Assembly (NCBI GenBank): GCA_050253415.1
Contig: JBFWJC010000005.1
Span: 128,001 to 192,000, forward strand
Direction: 5' to 3'
DNA from: Pedobacter sp.
GTDB taxonomy: Bacteria; Desulfobacterota; Desulfuromonadia; Desulfuromonadales; Syntrophotaleaceae
DNA: 64,000 nucleotides
Shown here piece by piece: positions 50,904 through 61,125 of the stretch. Within the stretch, counting starts at the first letter, position 1, and each line of letters opens with the position of its first letter. The notes beneath the pieces were generated by a model that worked only from the letters and a program-made list of their open reading frames with translations, did no database searches and was not told the DNA's origin. Made by a program: the position numbers and the translations under genes.

Positions 50904-50932
50904 ATTATACAGAGCACCAATGCTCTTGTCAA
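50904..50932 (-). promoter_or_regulatory. Consensus sigma70 promoter of the pyr operon
   Basis: TTGACA-N17-TATAAT exact match on the minus strand. Confidence 0.85.
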
Positions 50933-50959
50933 ATAAAAATCAGATCAATAACAGTGCAT

Positions 50960-51628
50960 TTATTTGATGCTACGTCCAATACGGCTCCACCTCGGGCGAC
51001 TATTGGTGCTATCCCAGGACCAATATTTAATGAAGGCAAGGCCTTTGATTTTTGATTTATCGACAAACCCCCAGAACCGGCTGTCGAAAGAGCGATCACG
51101 ATTATCCCCCATAACAAAGTATTGCCCTTTTGGAACTTTAACCGGGGACAGGTTATCGCGTCTTGTGTCGTCCGTAAAGGATGGTCCCTTATGGACTTCT
51201 TGAGGCAGAACCACTGCCTCCTGATTAATATAGACCACCTTATTGCGAACTTCAACGACATCGCCAGGAACGCCAATGACGCGCTTGATGAAATCGCGGC
51301 GCTTATAAAACGGCAGGTCGGCATCCATCGGAAACTCGAAAACGATCACATCGCCGCGCTGTGGGCTGCGCAGTGCCAGGAATCGATCATCGGACCAGGG
51401 AAGATGTGATCCGTAAATGAACTTATTTACAAGGAGGTGGTCTCCGATCAGCAACGTGTCTTCCATCGATCCCGAAGGGATTTTAAATGCCTGAAATAGA
51501 AAAGTTCTGATAATCAGAGCCAAGATCAAGGCAACGCCGATTGCCTCCCCCCACTCTCGATACCAGGGTTTGCTGCTGGTCTTTTCAAGCAATGCTCTGG
51601 ATGGTTCACGTTTGGACATGAATGTCAT
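50960..51628 (-). CDS. lepB: Signal peptidase I
   Basis: IPSGSM catalytic Ser, FIKRVIG catalytic Lys, [14 protein letters not shown]. Confidence 0.96.
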   Translation of the reverse strand: MTFMSKREPSRALLEKTSSKPWYREWGEAIGVALILALIIRTFLFQAFKIPSGSMEDTLLIGDHLLVNKFIYGSHLPWSDDRFLALRSPQRGDVIVFEFPMDADLPFYKRRDFIKRVIGVPGDVVEVRNKVVYINQEAVVLPQEVHKGPSFTDDTRRDNLSPVKVPKGQYFVMGDNRDRSFDSRFWGFVDKSKIKGLAFIKYWSWDSTNSRPRWSRIGRSIK

Positions 51629-53424
51629 TCCTTTACTTTGAGGATGGCAAGGAAGGCTTCTTGCGGCAACTCCACGTTACCAACCTGCTTCATGCGTTTT
51701 TTGCCTTCTTTTTGCTTCTCAAGAAGTTTGCGCTTGCGGGTGATGTCGCCACCGTAACATTTGGCGGTTACATCTTTGCGCAAGGCCTTGACGGTAGCAC
51801 GGGCAACGATCTTGGTGCCGATAGCAGCCTGTATGGCCACTTCGAATTGTTGGCGCGGAATAAATTCTTTCATTTTATCAACCAGATCACGTCCGCGCGG
51901 CTGGGATTTATCCCGATGTACAATGAGAGATAGAGCGTCGACAATTTCACCATTAATAAGGAGGTTCAGACGCACGAGATCGCTTGGACGATAATCAAGG
52001 AAATCATAATCCAGGGAGGCGTATCCGCGACTGACCGTCTTGAGACGATCGTAAAAGTCGAGAACTATCTCATTGAGGGGTAGTTCGTAAACGACCATCA
52101 CTCGATTGGAGGTCAGGTATTTGATTTCACGTTGAATGCCGCGTTTTTCCTCGCATAAGGCAAGCACGCCACCGACATATTCGTTCGGAACATGAACCGC
52201 AGCTACAATGAACGGCTCAAGGATTCGGTCGATGTACTGCACGTCGGGCAATTTGTTGGCGCTATCGACAATCAGTTCTTCACCCTTGGTGGTTATGACC
52301 TGGTAACGAACTGTGGGCGCGGTGGTAATCAACTCCATGTTGAATTCGCGCTCAAGTCGCTCCTGTATGATCTCCATGTGAAGTAGGCCAAGGAAACCAC
52401 AACGGAAACCGAAGCCCAATGCGAGGGAATTTTCGGGTTCAAAAGAGAAAGATGAATCGTTAATGCGCAACTTTTCCATGGCGTCGCGCAAAGCGTCGTA
52501 TTCCCCGCTGTCGATGGGATACAATCCTGAATAGACCATGGGCTTGACTTCTTTGAAGCCACCCAGTGGGGTCTCGGCAGGTCTGTGAAAATGGGTGACG
52601 GTGTCACCGACCTTGGCATCCTGCAGCACTTTGATGCCGGCAATGACAAAACCGACTTCCCCGGCAGCCATCTCCTGAAATTCAACAGGATGGGGGCTGA
52701 AAGCGCCAATCTTTAACACTTCATGACTGCGCCCGCTGGCCATTAGCTTGATCTTGTCGCCTTTTTTAAGGGTGCCCTCAAAAATGCGAACAAGCATGAT
52801 GACACCCTGATAAGAATCGTACCAGGAGTCGAAAATCAGCGCTTTCAGCGGAGCCTCGGAGTCACCGCTCGGGGGTGGAATCTTGGCGACGATGGCTTCG
52901 AGGATTTCGTGTATGCCGATCCCTTCTTTGGCGCTGGCCTCAACGGCATCGGACGCGTCCAGGCCGATGATCTCCTCTATCTCCTCTTTAATGCGCTCAG
53001 GTTCGGCGCCGGGGAGGTCGATCTTGTTGAGTACAGGAAACACTTCAAGATTCTGATCTATGGCCAGGTAAACGTTGGCCAGGGTCTGAGCCTCAACGCC
53101 TTGGGATGCGTCGACTACCAGCAGTCCGCCTTCGCAGGCTGCCAGCGAGCGGCTAACCTCGTAACTGAAATCGACGTGCCCTGGGGTGTCAATTAGATTA
53201 AGAACATAATCCTTGCCGTCGTCCGCGTGGTACTTCAGACGCACGGCCTGGGCTTTAATAGTAATGCCCCGCTCTCTTTCCAAGTCGAGTTTGTCGAGAA
53301 ACTGGTTGGTTTTTTCACGATCGGTAAGCGCACCAGTGGTCTCAAGAAGACGATCCGCCAGAGTAGATTTACCGTGGTCAATATGCGCAATAATGGAAAA
53401 ATTTCGAATCCTGCTACGGTCCAT
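51625..53424 (-). CDS. lepA: Elongation factor 4 LepA
   Basis: [39 protein letters not shown]. Confidence 0.98.
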   Translation of the reverse strand: MDRSRIRNFSIIAHIDHGKSTLADRLLETTGALTDREKTNQFLDKLDLERERGITIKAQAVRLKYHADDGKDYVLNLIDTPGHVDFSYEVSRSLAACEGGLLVVDASQGVEAQTLANVYLAIDQNLEVFPVLNKIDLPGAEPERIKEEIEEIIGLDASDAVEASAKEGIGIHEILEAIVAKIPPPSGDSEAPLKALIFDSWYDSYQGVIMLVRIFEGTLKKGDKIKLMASGRSHEVLKIGAFSPHPVEFQEMAAGEVGFVIAGIKVLQDAKVGDTVTHFHRPAETPLGGFKEVKPMVYSGLYPIDSGEYDALRDAMEKLRINDSSFSFEPENSLALGFGFRCGFLGLLHMEIIQERLEREFNMELITTAPTVRYQVITTKGEELIVDSANKLPDVQYIDRILEPFIVAAVHVPNEYVGGVLALCEEKRGIQREIKYLTSNRVMVVYELPLNEIVLDFYDRLKTVSRGYASLDYDFLDYRPSDLVRLNLLINGEIVDALSLIVHRDKSQPRGRDLVDKMKEFIPRQQFEVAIQAAIGTKIVARATVKALRKDVTAKCYGGDITRKRKLLEKQKEGKKRMKQVGNVELPQEAFLAILKVKE

Positions 53425-53721
53425 GAGGCTCTTTTCCGTGTAGTTTATGATAGATATGCGAATGGAGTAATGTACAAAACCCCCCTCTTTTTGTAAAGCG
53501 AAAAGACATGCCGAGGCGTGCAGATCAAGGGCATAAACGTTTTCACAGTCCTGGATATTTTAACGTTGATTCCTTCGCCTTTGGTAGATACCATTCACCA
53601 CATCTTGCATGGATATATTGTATCTACAGGCGGGTGCAATTGTATTCGCCGAGCTTGCTATAATAAACTGCGATCCAGGGAAAACTCTCAAGATCCAATC
53701 AATCCGTTAGAGGAGTTTCTT

Positions 53722-55596
53722 TTGAATACGATAGACGACCTGATAAAACTTTCCGTAGACAAATCGCCGGAAAAACCTGCGTTACGCCTCAAGGTTGCCG
53801 GCGTCTGGCAAACAACCACCTACCAGCAGTTATGGCAAACGGTTACCCGTATAAGCGGCGGTTTGCGAGGATGGGGATTACGGAAAGGCGATCGCGTGGC
53901 TTTGCTGGGTGCAACAACCCCGTCATGGATTGCTGCCTATCTTGGGATTCTGCAAAGTGGTGGAATTGTCGTTCCTGTAGACAAGGAACTGAAGCAGGGC
54001 GAATTGCGTCACGTGCTTGGCGATTGCAGCGCACGGTTGTTGATGACAGAGCAGGCTTACCTGGAACCACTTTACGAAATAGGAAAAGACCTGGCTGCCC
54101 TGGAAAAAATCATTGTGTTCGAAACGCCCGCAGAGAGAACAATTTCCCCACAGCTAAGCCAGGCCATGGAGGATGTGGTTGATGCCTGGCGGGAACTCGT
54201 ACAACGCTACCAGATTCCCGCCGAGGCCCAAAGCCATTTAGAAGCCTTGGGACGCAATTTGGAGAAAATTCTCCGGGTGCAGGAAGTAAAAACCGACGTT
54301 ACGGAGACTAAACTAAATTCACACCCCAGCGTGTTTAATGAAATCGCTGAAGAGAAGCGCATATTTAACCGACGCTTCAACCTTGCCTATTTAGCCGAAT
54401 TTGCCGCAAACGGTCCACTCCCTCCCATTGACCGCAGCCCCCAAGATACTGCGGTTATACTCTACACTTCAGGGACAACGGGACGCTCCAAAGGTGCCAT
54501 GTTGAGCCACGCCAACATCGTTAGCAACATAGAGTCTGCGGTCCGGCATCTTGAGGTTCGTGAGGGGATGCACACCCTTTCATTTTTGCCCATCAACCAC
54601 GTTTTTGAGCAAGTGGCAGGCATTCTGGCCCCCTTGTCTCTAAGCGGCACAATCTCCATCGCGGAATCTCTGAAAAAGATTGGTCAGAACCTGGTTGAGG
54701 AACATCCAAGTCATGTCATGGGAGTCCCGGCGGTCTATCGGGTTTTACTTGGTCGCATAAACCGTAACATTGATGAAAAACCTCTATCGAGAACCCTGTT
54801 TGCCCTGCCGTTCACGCGGCCTCTTGTGACGGCCAAAGTTCGAAAAGCACTCGGGAAAAACATTACTTTCGTAAGCGGTGGTGCGGCGCTGGATCCTGAT
54901 ATTGCCAAAGGGATGACCAAACTCGGCTTTACCATTGTACAGGGATACGGTATCACCGAAACTTCACCCATCATTGCTGCAGAATGTCCCACAAAGCGTA
55001 AACTAGGCACCGTCGGACAGGTCATCCCCGGCGTCGAAGTACGCATTGACCATCCGAACCAGGATGGCGTAGGTGAAATCCTGGTTAAGGGACCTAACGT
55101 GATGCAGGGATACTACAAACGCCCGAAAGCCACGGCCGAAGCCATTGTCGATGGATGGTACCACACCGGCGACCTCGGTCATCTTGACGAAGATGGTTTT
55201 CTGTCGATTCGCGGTCGGATGAAGAATCTGATCGTGACCCCGAACGGCAAGAATGTTTATCCTGAAGAAGTAGAAAATGAACTTTTAAAATGCCCGTTTA
55301 TCGCAGAAGTTATGGTTTACGGCCATAAACTTTCTGACACCGCCGAGGAGGTTCATGCCATCATTTATCCAGACCAGGAGGCTTTGGATGGTTATATGAA
55401 GGAGACGGACAGACAATCGATGAGCGAAGCCGATGTGGAGGAATTGTTCCGCCGTGAGGTGTTGGAGGCAGGCAAACGCCTTGCCGACTATAAAAGGGTA
55501 AAACGTTTCACCCTGCGCGATGATGAATTCCCCAAGACGACAACTCGAAAGATCAAACGTTATGTGGTGGAAGCGGATATTTTGGCTGCCCGATAA
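53722..55596 (+). CDS. Long-chain fatty-acid--CoA ligase (AMP-binding)
   Basis: YTSGTTGRSKG, QGYGITE, HTGDLG, GKNVYPEE, PKTTTRK; GAGGAG RBS before TTG 53722. Confidence 0.9.
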   Translation: MNTIDDLIKLSVDKSPEKPALRLKVAGVWQTTTYQQLWQTVTRISGGLRGWGLRKGDRVALLGATTPSWIAAYLGILQSGGIVVPVDKELKQGELRHVLGDCSARLLMTEQAYLEPLYEIGKDLAALEKIIVFETPAERTISPQLSQAMEDVVDAWRELVQRYQIPAEAQSHLEALGRNLEKILRVQEVKTDVTETKLNSHPSVFNEIAEEKRIFNRRFNLAYLAEFAANGPLPPIDRSPQDTAVILYTSGTTGRSKGAMLSHANIVSNIESAVRHLEVREGMHTLSFLPINHVFEQVAGILAPLSLSGTISIAESLKKIGQNLVEEHPSHVMGVPAVYRVLLGRINRNIDEKPLSRTLFALPFTRPLVTAKVRKALGKNITFVSGGAALDPDIAKGMTKLGFTIVQGYGITETSPIIAAECPTKRKLGTVGQVIPGVEVRIDHPNQDGVGEILVKGPNVMQGYYKRPKATAEAIVDGWYHTGDLGHLDEDGFLSIRGRMKNLIVTPNGKNVYPEEVENELLKCPFIAEVMVYGHKLSDTAEEVHAIIYPDQEALDGYMKETDRQSMSEADVEELFRREVLEAGKRLADYKRVKRFTLRDDEFPKTTTRKIKRYVVEADILAAR

Positions 55597-55603
55597 GCAT
55601 GCC

Positions 55604-57439
55604 TTAAGTTTCAGCAAAAACGCCCTTTTTCTTTTCCAATTCGCTGGCATAACGTGTCAAAATCGCCCGGCGCGAAAGCATGAACAAGACCTTTCCGGGT
55701 TGGTCTAAATCGACCACCGGGATTTCTTCGATGCCGCGCCGGGTAAATTTGCGCAAGGCCAGAGTCAGCGACTCCTGTGGAGTCGTAGTTACGACCTTGG
55801 ATACCGCAACATCCCTTGCCAGAATCAGTGCAGGCGGTACATCGTCATGAAGAATACGTCGTAAATCGTTAATGGAAAAAATGCCGACCATCTGCTCTGC
55901 CCTGTCAATCACCGGGAAATAACTCGAATCGCTTCCGGACATTTTCTCAATAATCTTATTCAGCGGCATATCTTCAGGTATGAACGTCGGTTCTCGGCCA
56001 TATTCGGCCAATTCACCGACCGAGATGCCTGCCAGGACATTGACTACCAAATCCCCCAGGTGGGCCGGAGAATCGATGCGACCAGATACCTGCTGTTTGT
56101 AAATGGTACTGCGCCGGAACGCAACCATGGCCACAACACAAACCAGCATCAGTGGTGCCAGCAGGGCGTAATTACCTGTTAACTCGCTGACCATAATAAG
56201 GGTGGCAATGGGTGTATTGGCAACTCCGGCAAAAAAACCTGCCATACCGATAATCACACAGGCTCGTGGATCGGCCATCAGTGAAGGCATCAGAACGTGC
56301 ACGATTGCACCAAAGCTACCCCCAAGCATGGCACCGATAACAAGGCTCGGGGCAAAGACACCACCTGACCCGCCAGATGAAATCGTCAGACTGGTCGCAA
56401 CGATTTTGCCAAACGCCAGTAAAACCATCAGCCACAAGGCCATCTTTCCGTACAGTGCCGCTTGAACCCAGCCATAGCCAGACCCCAGCACTTGAGGCAC
56501 GAACATCGCCATTATCCCCAAGAGCAGTCCCCCCAGTGCCGGTTTTAAAAATACGGGGATATTCAGCGCCTTGAAACGATCCCGAACATAATAAAAGCTG
56601 CGCACGTAGCCGGTCCCCACTATGGCGCATATGATCCCAAGCAGAAGATAAAAACCCAACTCAACAGGATGCTCAAAACGAAAAGCTGGTGTCGCCAGCA
56701 GGGGGCTCCACCCCGTTACCGCGCCAAACAATGAGTACGCCACAATCGATGAAATGATGCAGGGAATCAGCCCTTCATGCTCAAATTCGGGATCTTGGTA
56801 GAGAACCTCAACCGCAAAAAGGGCTCCCCCTAGAGGCGCGCGAAAGGTTGCACCAATCCCACCCGCCATGCCAGCCAGTAACAGAATGCGGCGATCGGAT
56901 ACGGAGAGTTTCAGACGATCGGCCAGAAACGAACCGAAACCGGCCCCGATCTGAGCAATAGGGCCTTCCCTTCCTGCCGATCCGCCGGTACTTATAGTTG
57001 CTATGGAAGCGATGGCTTTCACGATAGGTACCCGGCCTCGTATTAGTCCATTTTTTTTATGGAACGCCTCTATAGCGGCATCTGTCCCATGCCCTTCAGC
57101 TTCTGGAGCAAAGGTGAAAACCAGCCATCCGGAAATCAAGCCTCCCAGAGCCGGAATCAAAAAAAGAAACCATCGATGCTTCATCTGCAAAGTCGCTATA
57201 ACTCCATCGATTTGCATCGAAATTCCATGTCCGGGCGAATGAAATCCACCCCAATGGACAAGAATCCACTCCGTAGCCGCATCGGTAGCAAAGTAAAATG
57301 CCACCGCCCCAAGTCCCGCGACAAGGCCAACCAAAGCACTGAGCAACATGAATCGACCCACAGCCCGAACGTCAAGACCATGGGGATTTGCGCGTAATTT
57401 AAGAGGATCTGTCATATTTCTCATTCTTGAAAATAACAA
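55604..57439 (-). CDS. ClC chloride channel/antiporter with CBS pair
   Basis: GHGTD, GSAGREGP, GGVFAP, C-terminal CBS domains; start may be ATG 57415. Confidence 0.92.
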   Translation of the reverse strand: MLFSRMRNMTDPLKLRANPHGLDVRAVGRFMLLSALVGLVAGLGAVAFYFATDAATEWILVHWGGFHSPGHGISMQIDGVIATLQMKHRWFLFLIPALGGLISGWLVFTFAPEAEGHGTDAAIEAFHKKNGLIRGRVPIVKAIASIATISTGGSAGREGPIAQIGAGFGSFLADRLKLSVSDRRILLLAGMAGGIGATFRAPLGGALFAVEVLYQDPEFEHEGLIPCIISSIVAYSLFGAVTGWSPLLATPAFRFEHPVELGFYLLLGIICAIVGTGYVRSFYYVRDRFKALNIPVFLKPALGGLLLGIMAMFVPQVLGSGYGWVQAALYGKMALWLMVLLAFGKIVATSLTISSGGSGGVFAPSLVIGAMLGGSFGAIVHVLMPSLMADPRACVIIGMAGFFAGVANTPIATLIMVSELTGNYALLAPLMLVCVVAMVAFRRSTIYKQQVSGRIDSPAHLGDLVVNVLAGISVGELAEYGREPTFIPEDMPLNKIIEKMSGSDSSYFPVIDRAEQMVGIFSINDLRRILHDDVPPALILARDVAVSKVVTTTPQESLTLALRKFTRRGIEEIPVVDLDQPGKVLFMLSRRAILTRYASELEKKKGVFAET

Positions 57440-57651
57440 TAATCTTTGTGACCATATTCACAAAGGCCGATAATCGTTGGATAGTAGCGGAATAATAAAA
57501 AAATAACAGGGTTTTATCTTAAAGGGTTTGATGAAGCCTGACAATCCCTTTGTCCAGATAAAGGAAAATGCGTTTGTTGTGCTATTATTTTACGATTAGA
57601 ATTTCAACGAAATGCATCGAGACACATGCCGCCAACCGTAAAGGAGGCATC

Positions 57652-58587
57652 ATGGAGCGTCGAAGCTTTTTGCATAATGCAACCTATTGGTCCCTGTCCT
57701 GTTTTCTGGTTTTACACTGGCCCTTCCCCTCCTTCGCAACCTCTATTCGAGCGCAAACGACACCTGCCGGTCCTGGTTTTCCCCAGGTAGGCATAGGGAA
57801 AGATAAAGACTATCGGAGGTTGGTGCGTCAGGTAGTTGCCCTTGTCGGCGGAATGGGAGCCTTTGTTAAGCCTGGAGACCGCGTAGTAATCAAACCAAAT
57901 ATGTCGTTTGACAGATCTCCTGAGATGGGCGCAACGACTCATCCCCTCGTGGTTAGAACCTTGGCGGAAATGGCCCTGGAAGCAGGTGCCAGACAGGTAA
58001 AAATATTCGACCGAACCTGTAACGAAGCGCGGCGCTGTTATCAAAACAGCGGCATTTTGCCGATTATCCAAGCCATGGATAATAGCAAGGTACGGTGTGA
58101 ATATATTGATCGCAGAAAGTTTGTCAGCGTCCCCATACCGCAAGGGCGTATTTTAAAAGGCTGGGATATTTACCGCGATGCCCTTGAGGCGGACTGCTAC
58201 ATCAATGTACCCGTCGCCAAGCAGCATGGGCTGGCTGGATTGTCTCTCGGGCTTAAGAACAATATGGGCATTCTCGGTGGCAATCGCGGACAGTTACATC
58301 GCAAACTTGAACAGAATCTGGCCGACCTGGCTACCATCATCCGCCCTACCCTCAACGTTATCGATGCCACGCGCATGTTGCTTCGCAACGGCCCCCAGGG
58401 CGGGAAACTGGCGGATGTGCAGATTAACGATACCGTCATCGCCTCATCCGATCCTGTCGCGGCAGATGCCTGCGCAACCATGCTGTTTGGACAGTCGCCC
58501 GAGGAATTAAGCACCACGGTTGCGGCTGCCGACATGGGATTGGGCATCATGCAGATGAACCGGATCAAGAGAATCGAAGTGCCATGA
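57652..58587 (+). CDS. DUF362-domain protein with Tat-like N-terminus
   Basis: MERRSFL; VVIKPN, TTHP, INVPVAKQH, GLKNNMG, DPVAAD; AAGGAGG RBS. Confidence 0.85.
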   Translation: MERRSFLHNATYWSLSCFLVLHWPFPSFATSIRAQTTPAGPGFPQVGIGKDKDYRRLVRQVVALVGGMGAFVKPGDRVVIKPNMSFDRSPEMGATTHPLVVRTLAEMALEAGARQVKIFDRTCNEARRCYQNSGILPIIQAMDNSKVRCEYIDRRKFVSVPIPQGRILKGWDIYRDALEADCYINVPVAKQHGLAGLSLGLKNNMGILGGNRGQLHRKLEQNLADLATIIRPTLNVIDATRMLLRNGPQGGKLADVQINDTVIASSDPVAADACATMLFGQSPEELSTTVAAADMGLGIMQMNRIKRIEVP

Positions 58588-60152
58588 ATATTCACAACTC
58601 ACCGGCCCTTTGGCGGCGCTTGAGTCAGGGCCTTTTCCTGACCGCATTCATCGTTTTGTTTCTGCATACAGACTATCAGGGGCAGGACCAAATCTCCGGA
58701 GCCGTCAATCTGCTGTTTCGTTTCGACCCGCTGATTGCGTTGGCTGCGTCTCTCGCAACGCGCACCTTTATTATCCTGGTCGTACCGGCAATTTTTTTAT
58801 TCCTATCGTGCATCATTCTGGGGCGTTGGTTCTGCGGTTGGGCTTGTCCCATGGGTACCTTGCTGGATTATGCCAGGCCACTATTTAGTACAAAATCACG
58901 TATCATGCCTGCAGTGCTGCCAAAGCTGCGTTATGGCCTGTTGGTGATCATCCTTGTTGGTGCTCTGTTCGGATTACCATTGATCGGTTTCTTTGATCCA
59001 TTTGCCATTCTTGTGCGTGGGCTGTCGATGGCGTTCTATCCTGCATTCAGTATGGCAATTGAGAAATTTTTTAACCTTACCTACAGCCACGGGCCGGCCT
59101 GGCTCAACCTGTTTACAGAGCCCGTGTATCAGTTTTTGCGAGCTACGGTACTGCCCTTCGAGCAAAAAGTATTCACCCTGGCTCTTCCTGCAGCCTTGAT
59201 GTTATGTGCACTTTTCTTGCTGGAATTATTTCATCGACGTTTTTTTTGCCGGAATGTATGCCCTTTGGGCGCATTGCTCGCTCTCGCAGCACGGTTTGCC
59301 CCTTGGAAGATCAACAATAGACAGCCATCCTGCACCGCCTGCGGACAATGCAGCAAAATATGTAGAGCAGGGGCTATAGATAAACGGGGTCAGGTAAACA
59401 GCGAAAGATGCATTCTTTGCCTGGATTGCGTGACAGATTGTCCAAAGCACCAATTTGAATTCAGTCGCAACCATGGACATGCTGTGACCGTTGCCGAAGG
59501 GCTTAGCCGCCGCGCTTTTATGGGCACTACTGTTAGCGCTATCGCTTTGCCGTTTCTGTTTGCGGTACGTCCCCTCAAGCGCTATCCCGAGCCTCGCTTG
59601 ATCAGGCCGCCCGGGGCCTTGCCGGAGGAAGAGTTTTTAGGTCGCTGTGTGCGATGCGGCGAGTGCATGCAGGTCTGCATCGGCAATGCTCTGCACCCCA
59701 CCATTATGGAAGCCGGTTCAGAGGGGATTTTCACACCAAGGCTCATTCCTCGCATTGGGTATTGCGAGTATCAATGCACATTGTGTGGGCAGGTCTGTCC
59801 TACCGGTGCTCTAAAGCGACTGTCCCAATCAAAAAAACAGGCTACCGTCATCGGCCTCGCCTCTATTGATCGAAACCGGTGTCTGCCCTACGCAAAAGGG
59901 GTACCGTGCATGGTCTGCGAAGAGCATTGCCCTACTCCCGAAAAAGCTATTCGGTTTCGTGAAATAACGGTTCTGAACGAAATGGGCCAAGAGGTTCGGG
60001 TAAAACAACCTTATGTGGTCGACAGGTTATGCATCGGTTGCGGAATTTGCGAAAACAAATGTCCCCTGCCTGGTCATAGCGCAATCGTGGTTACGTCAGC
60101 AGGTGAAACACGCCATCAAAGACCGACCGGGAATAATGGTTACAATTTATAA
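58584..60152 (+). CDS. Membrane polyferredoxin (NapH/MauN-like fused to NapG/MauM-like)
   Basis: FCGWACP, FCRNVCP, several CxxCxxCxxxCP motifs, IRPPGAL; ATGA overlap with the DUF362 gene. Confidence 0.88.
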   Translation: MNIHNSPALWRRLSQGLFLTAFIVLFLHTDYQGQDQISGAVNLLFRFDPLIALAASLATRTFIILVVPAIFLFLSCIILGRWFCGWACPMGTLLDYARPLFSTKSRIMPAVLPKLRYGLLVIILVGALFGLPLIGFFDPFAILVRGLSMAFYPAFSMAIEKFFNLTYSHGPAWLNLFTEPVYQFLRATVLPFEQKVFTLALPAALMLCALFLLELFHRRFFCRNVCPLGALLALAARFAPWKINNRQPSCTACGQCSKICRAGAIDKRGQVNSERCILCLDCVTDCPKHQFEFSRNHGHAVTVAEGLSRRAFMGTTVSAIALPFLFAVRPLKRYPEPRLIRPPGALPEEEFLGRCVRCGECMQVCIGNALHPTIMEAGSEGIFTPRLIPRIGYCEYQCTLCGQVCPTGALKRLSQSKKQATVIGLASIDRNRCLPYAKGVPCMVCEEHCPTPEKAIRFREITVLNEMGQEVRVKQPYVVDRLCIGCGICENKCPLPGHSAIVVTSAGETRHQRPTGNNGYNL

Positions 60153-60248
60153 AAGAATTAAACTATTTAGTTATAAATATGAGACTCGTGACGAAAACGT
60201 TTTTCCCGGAGTAAACATTGATGGCCTGGATTTGCTGCCCACAACCTG

Positions 60249-60653
60249 CTAGTCGGAAAACTTGCCAAGGAAAAGACGTGCCTCAGCTTCTGCATAAACT
60301 TCTCCGGCCAAAGCCAGCCGTGATCGGGCGGTTACAACGTTTCTTCGATGCTTTATTACTTCACCAAAGAGAGTAACTGTCTGCCCGCATGGCACCGGTT
60401 TGCGGTAACGAACCTGAAGTTCAGCCGTAACGGCCTGCAGTCCCAGAGACATGGCGGCGTAAATACAAGCTTCGTCAAGAAGTGCGGCAAGAATACCACC
60501 ATGCACGATCTGCCCCCAGCCCTGAAAGTTTTCTCCAAGCAGAACCGAACCGAATGAACACATTAAAATGCCATTGGATTGAAACGTAGCCTGTAGTCCA
60601 TGACGGTTAGCTTCACCACATACAAAGCAATTCACTGTTTTTGTAAGTTGCAT
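60249..60653 (-). CDS. PaaI-family hotdog thioesterase
   Basis: CFVCG..N..GL, VHGGILAALLDE. Confidence 0.85.
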   Translation of the reverse strand: MQLTKTVNCFVCGEANRHGLQATFQSNGILMCSFGSVLLGENFQGWGQIVHGGILAALLDEACIYAAMSLGLQAVTAELQVRYRKPVPCGQTVTLFGEVIKHRRNVVTARSRLALAGEVYAEAEARLFLGKFSD

Positions 60654-60656
60654 GCG

Positions 60657-61076
60657 CTAGGCCACTCCCTGATTGATCTCGCTAACCTGACTGTTCAGGG
60701 TCCAGAAGTCATAAAGAATTCCAAGCCCCAAGATGCCCCCAGTTAAAAGATAAACCAAGCCTGTGATCCATTTACCAAGATAAAAACGATGCACCCCCAA
60801 CACGCCCAGGAACCCCAAAAGAAGCCAGGCGATATTATAGTCGATTCGGCCGGAGCTAAACCGCTCGCCAGCTTGACGATCCATGCCGGGGATGAGGAAC
60901 AGGTCGACAATCCAGCCGATAAAAAACAAGCCAAGAGTAAAAAAGTAGATAGTGCCACTGATGGGCTTGCCGTAGTAGAAGCGATGTGCACCGATAAATC
61001 CAAAAATCCATAAAAGGTAACCGATGAGCAGGCTATGAGTATTGTTGTTATTCATGGTTTCAGCCTCCTTAGACAT
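60657..61076 (-). CDS. Double TM2-domain (NINE) membrane protein
   Basis: GAHRFYYGK and GVHRFYLGK repeats. Confidence 0.88.
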   Translation of the reverse strand: MSKEAETMNNNNTHSLLIGYLLWIFGFIGAHRFYYGKPISGTIYFFTLGLFFIGWIVDLFLIPGMDRQAGERFSSGRIDYNIAWLLLGFLGVLGVHRFYLGKWITGLVYLLTGGILGLGILYDFWTLNSQVSEINQGVA

Positions 61077-61125
61077 AAAGTGAATTCTTGCAATACTCGG
61101 CTATCTATTTATAAAATAAGGAATA

